The notes under the pieces are model-generated. The model saw only the letters and a program-made list of their open reading frames with translations, made no database searches and was not told where the DNA came from. Positions 63,956-64,000 of a DNA stretch of 64,000 nt are shown piece after piece. This DNA is from Vicugna vicugna (lineage: Eukaryota). The position numbers were made by a program, and so were the translations under genes. The stretch lies in the NCBI GenBank assembly GCA_013265495.1, contig MU057989.1:1939513-2003512 (forward strand), given 5' to 3'. The number at the start of each line of letters is the position of its first letter. Position 1 is the stretch's first letter.

Positions 63956-64000
63956 TAGCATGATTATATCTTCATTTCTTGATTTTTCTTCCAGCTTAAA

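Overview
Mammalian genomic DNA, very probably camelid (about 24 copies of a tRNA-Ala(AGC)-derived, vic-1-like SINE). It holds two complete, convergent genes that I spliced by hand. CGAS/MB21D1 is on + (5 coding exons, 3329-20245, 1512 nt, 503 aa). DDX43/HAGE is on - (16 coding exons, 39805-26981, 1932 nt, 643 aa, plus a 3'UTR exon). The ~23 kb upstream of DDX43 is mostly nested L1, solo LTR, ERV integrase and SINE debris. Most notable: (1) a collapsed last exon and 3'UTR of the oocyte SCMC gene KHDC3L sits at ~62.8-63.1 kb (-) with no recognisable KH-domain exons upstream, and no OOEP is found in its expected slot between DDX43 and KHDC3L, suggesting possible co-loss of the OOEP/KHDC3L pair; (2) two poly(A)-tailed, TSD-flanked retrocopies of an ERV LTR 3' end suggest an L1-mobilised LTR-derived family; (3) an interstitial telomeric array carries retrotransposition-like hallmarks; (4) DDX43 exon 8 appears to use a shifted acceptor. 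Orthologue comparisons are from memory and need alignment. Repeat boundaries are approximate unless a TSD is given.
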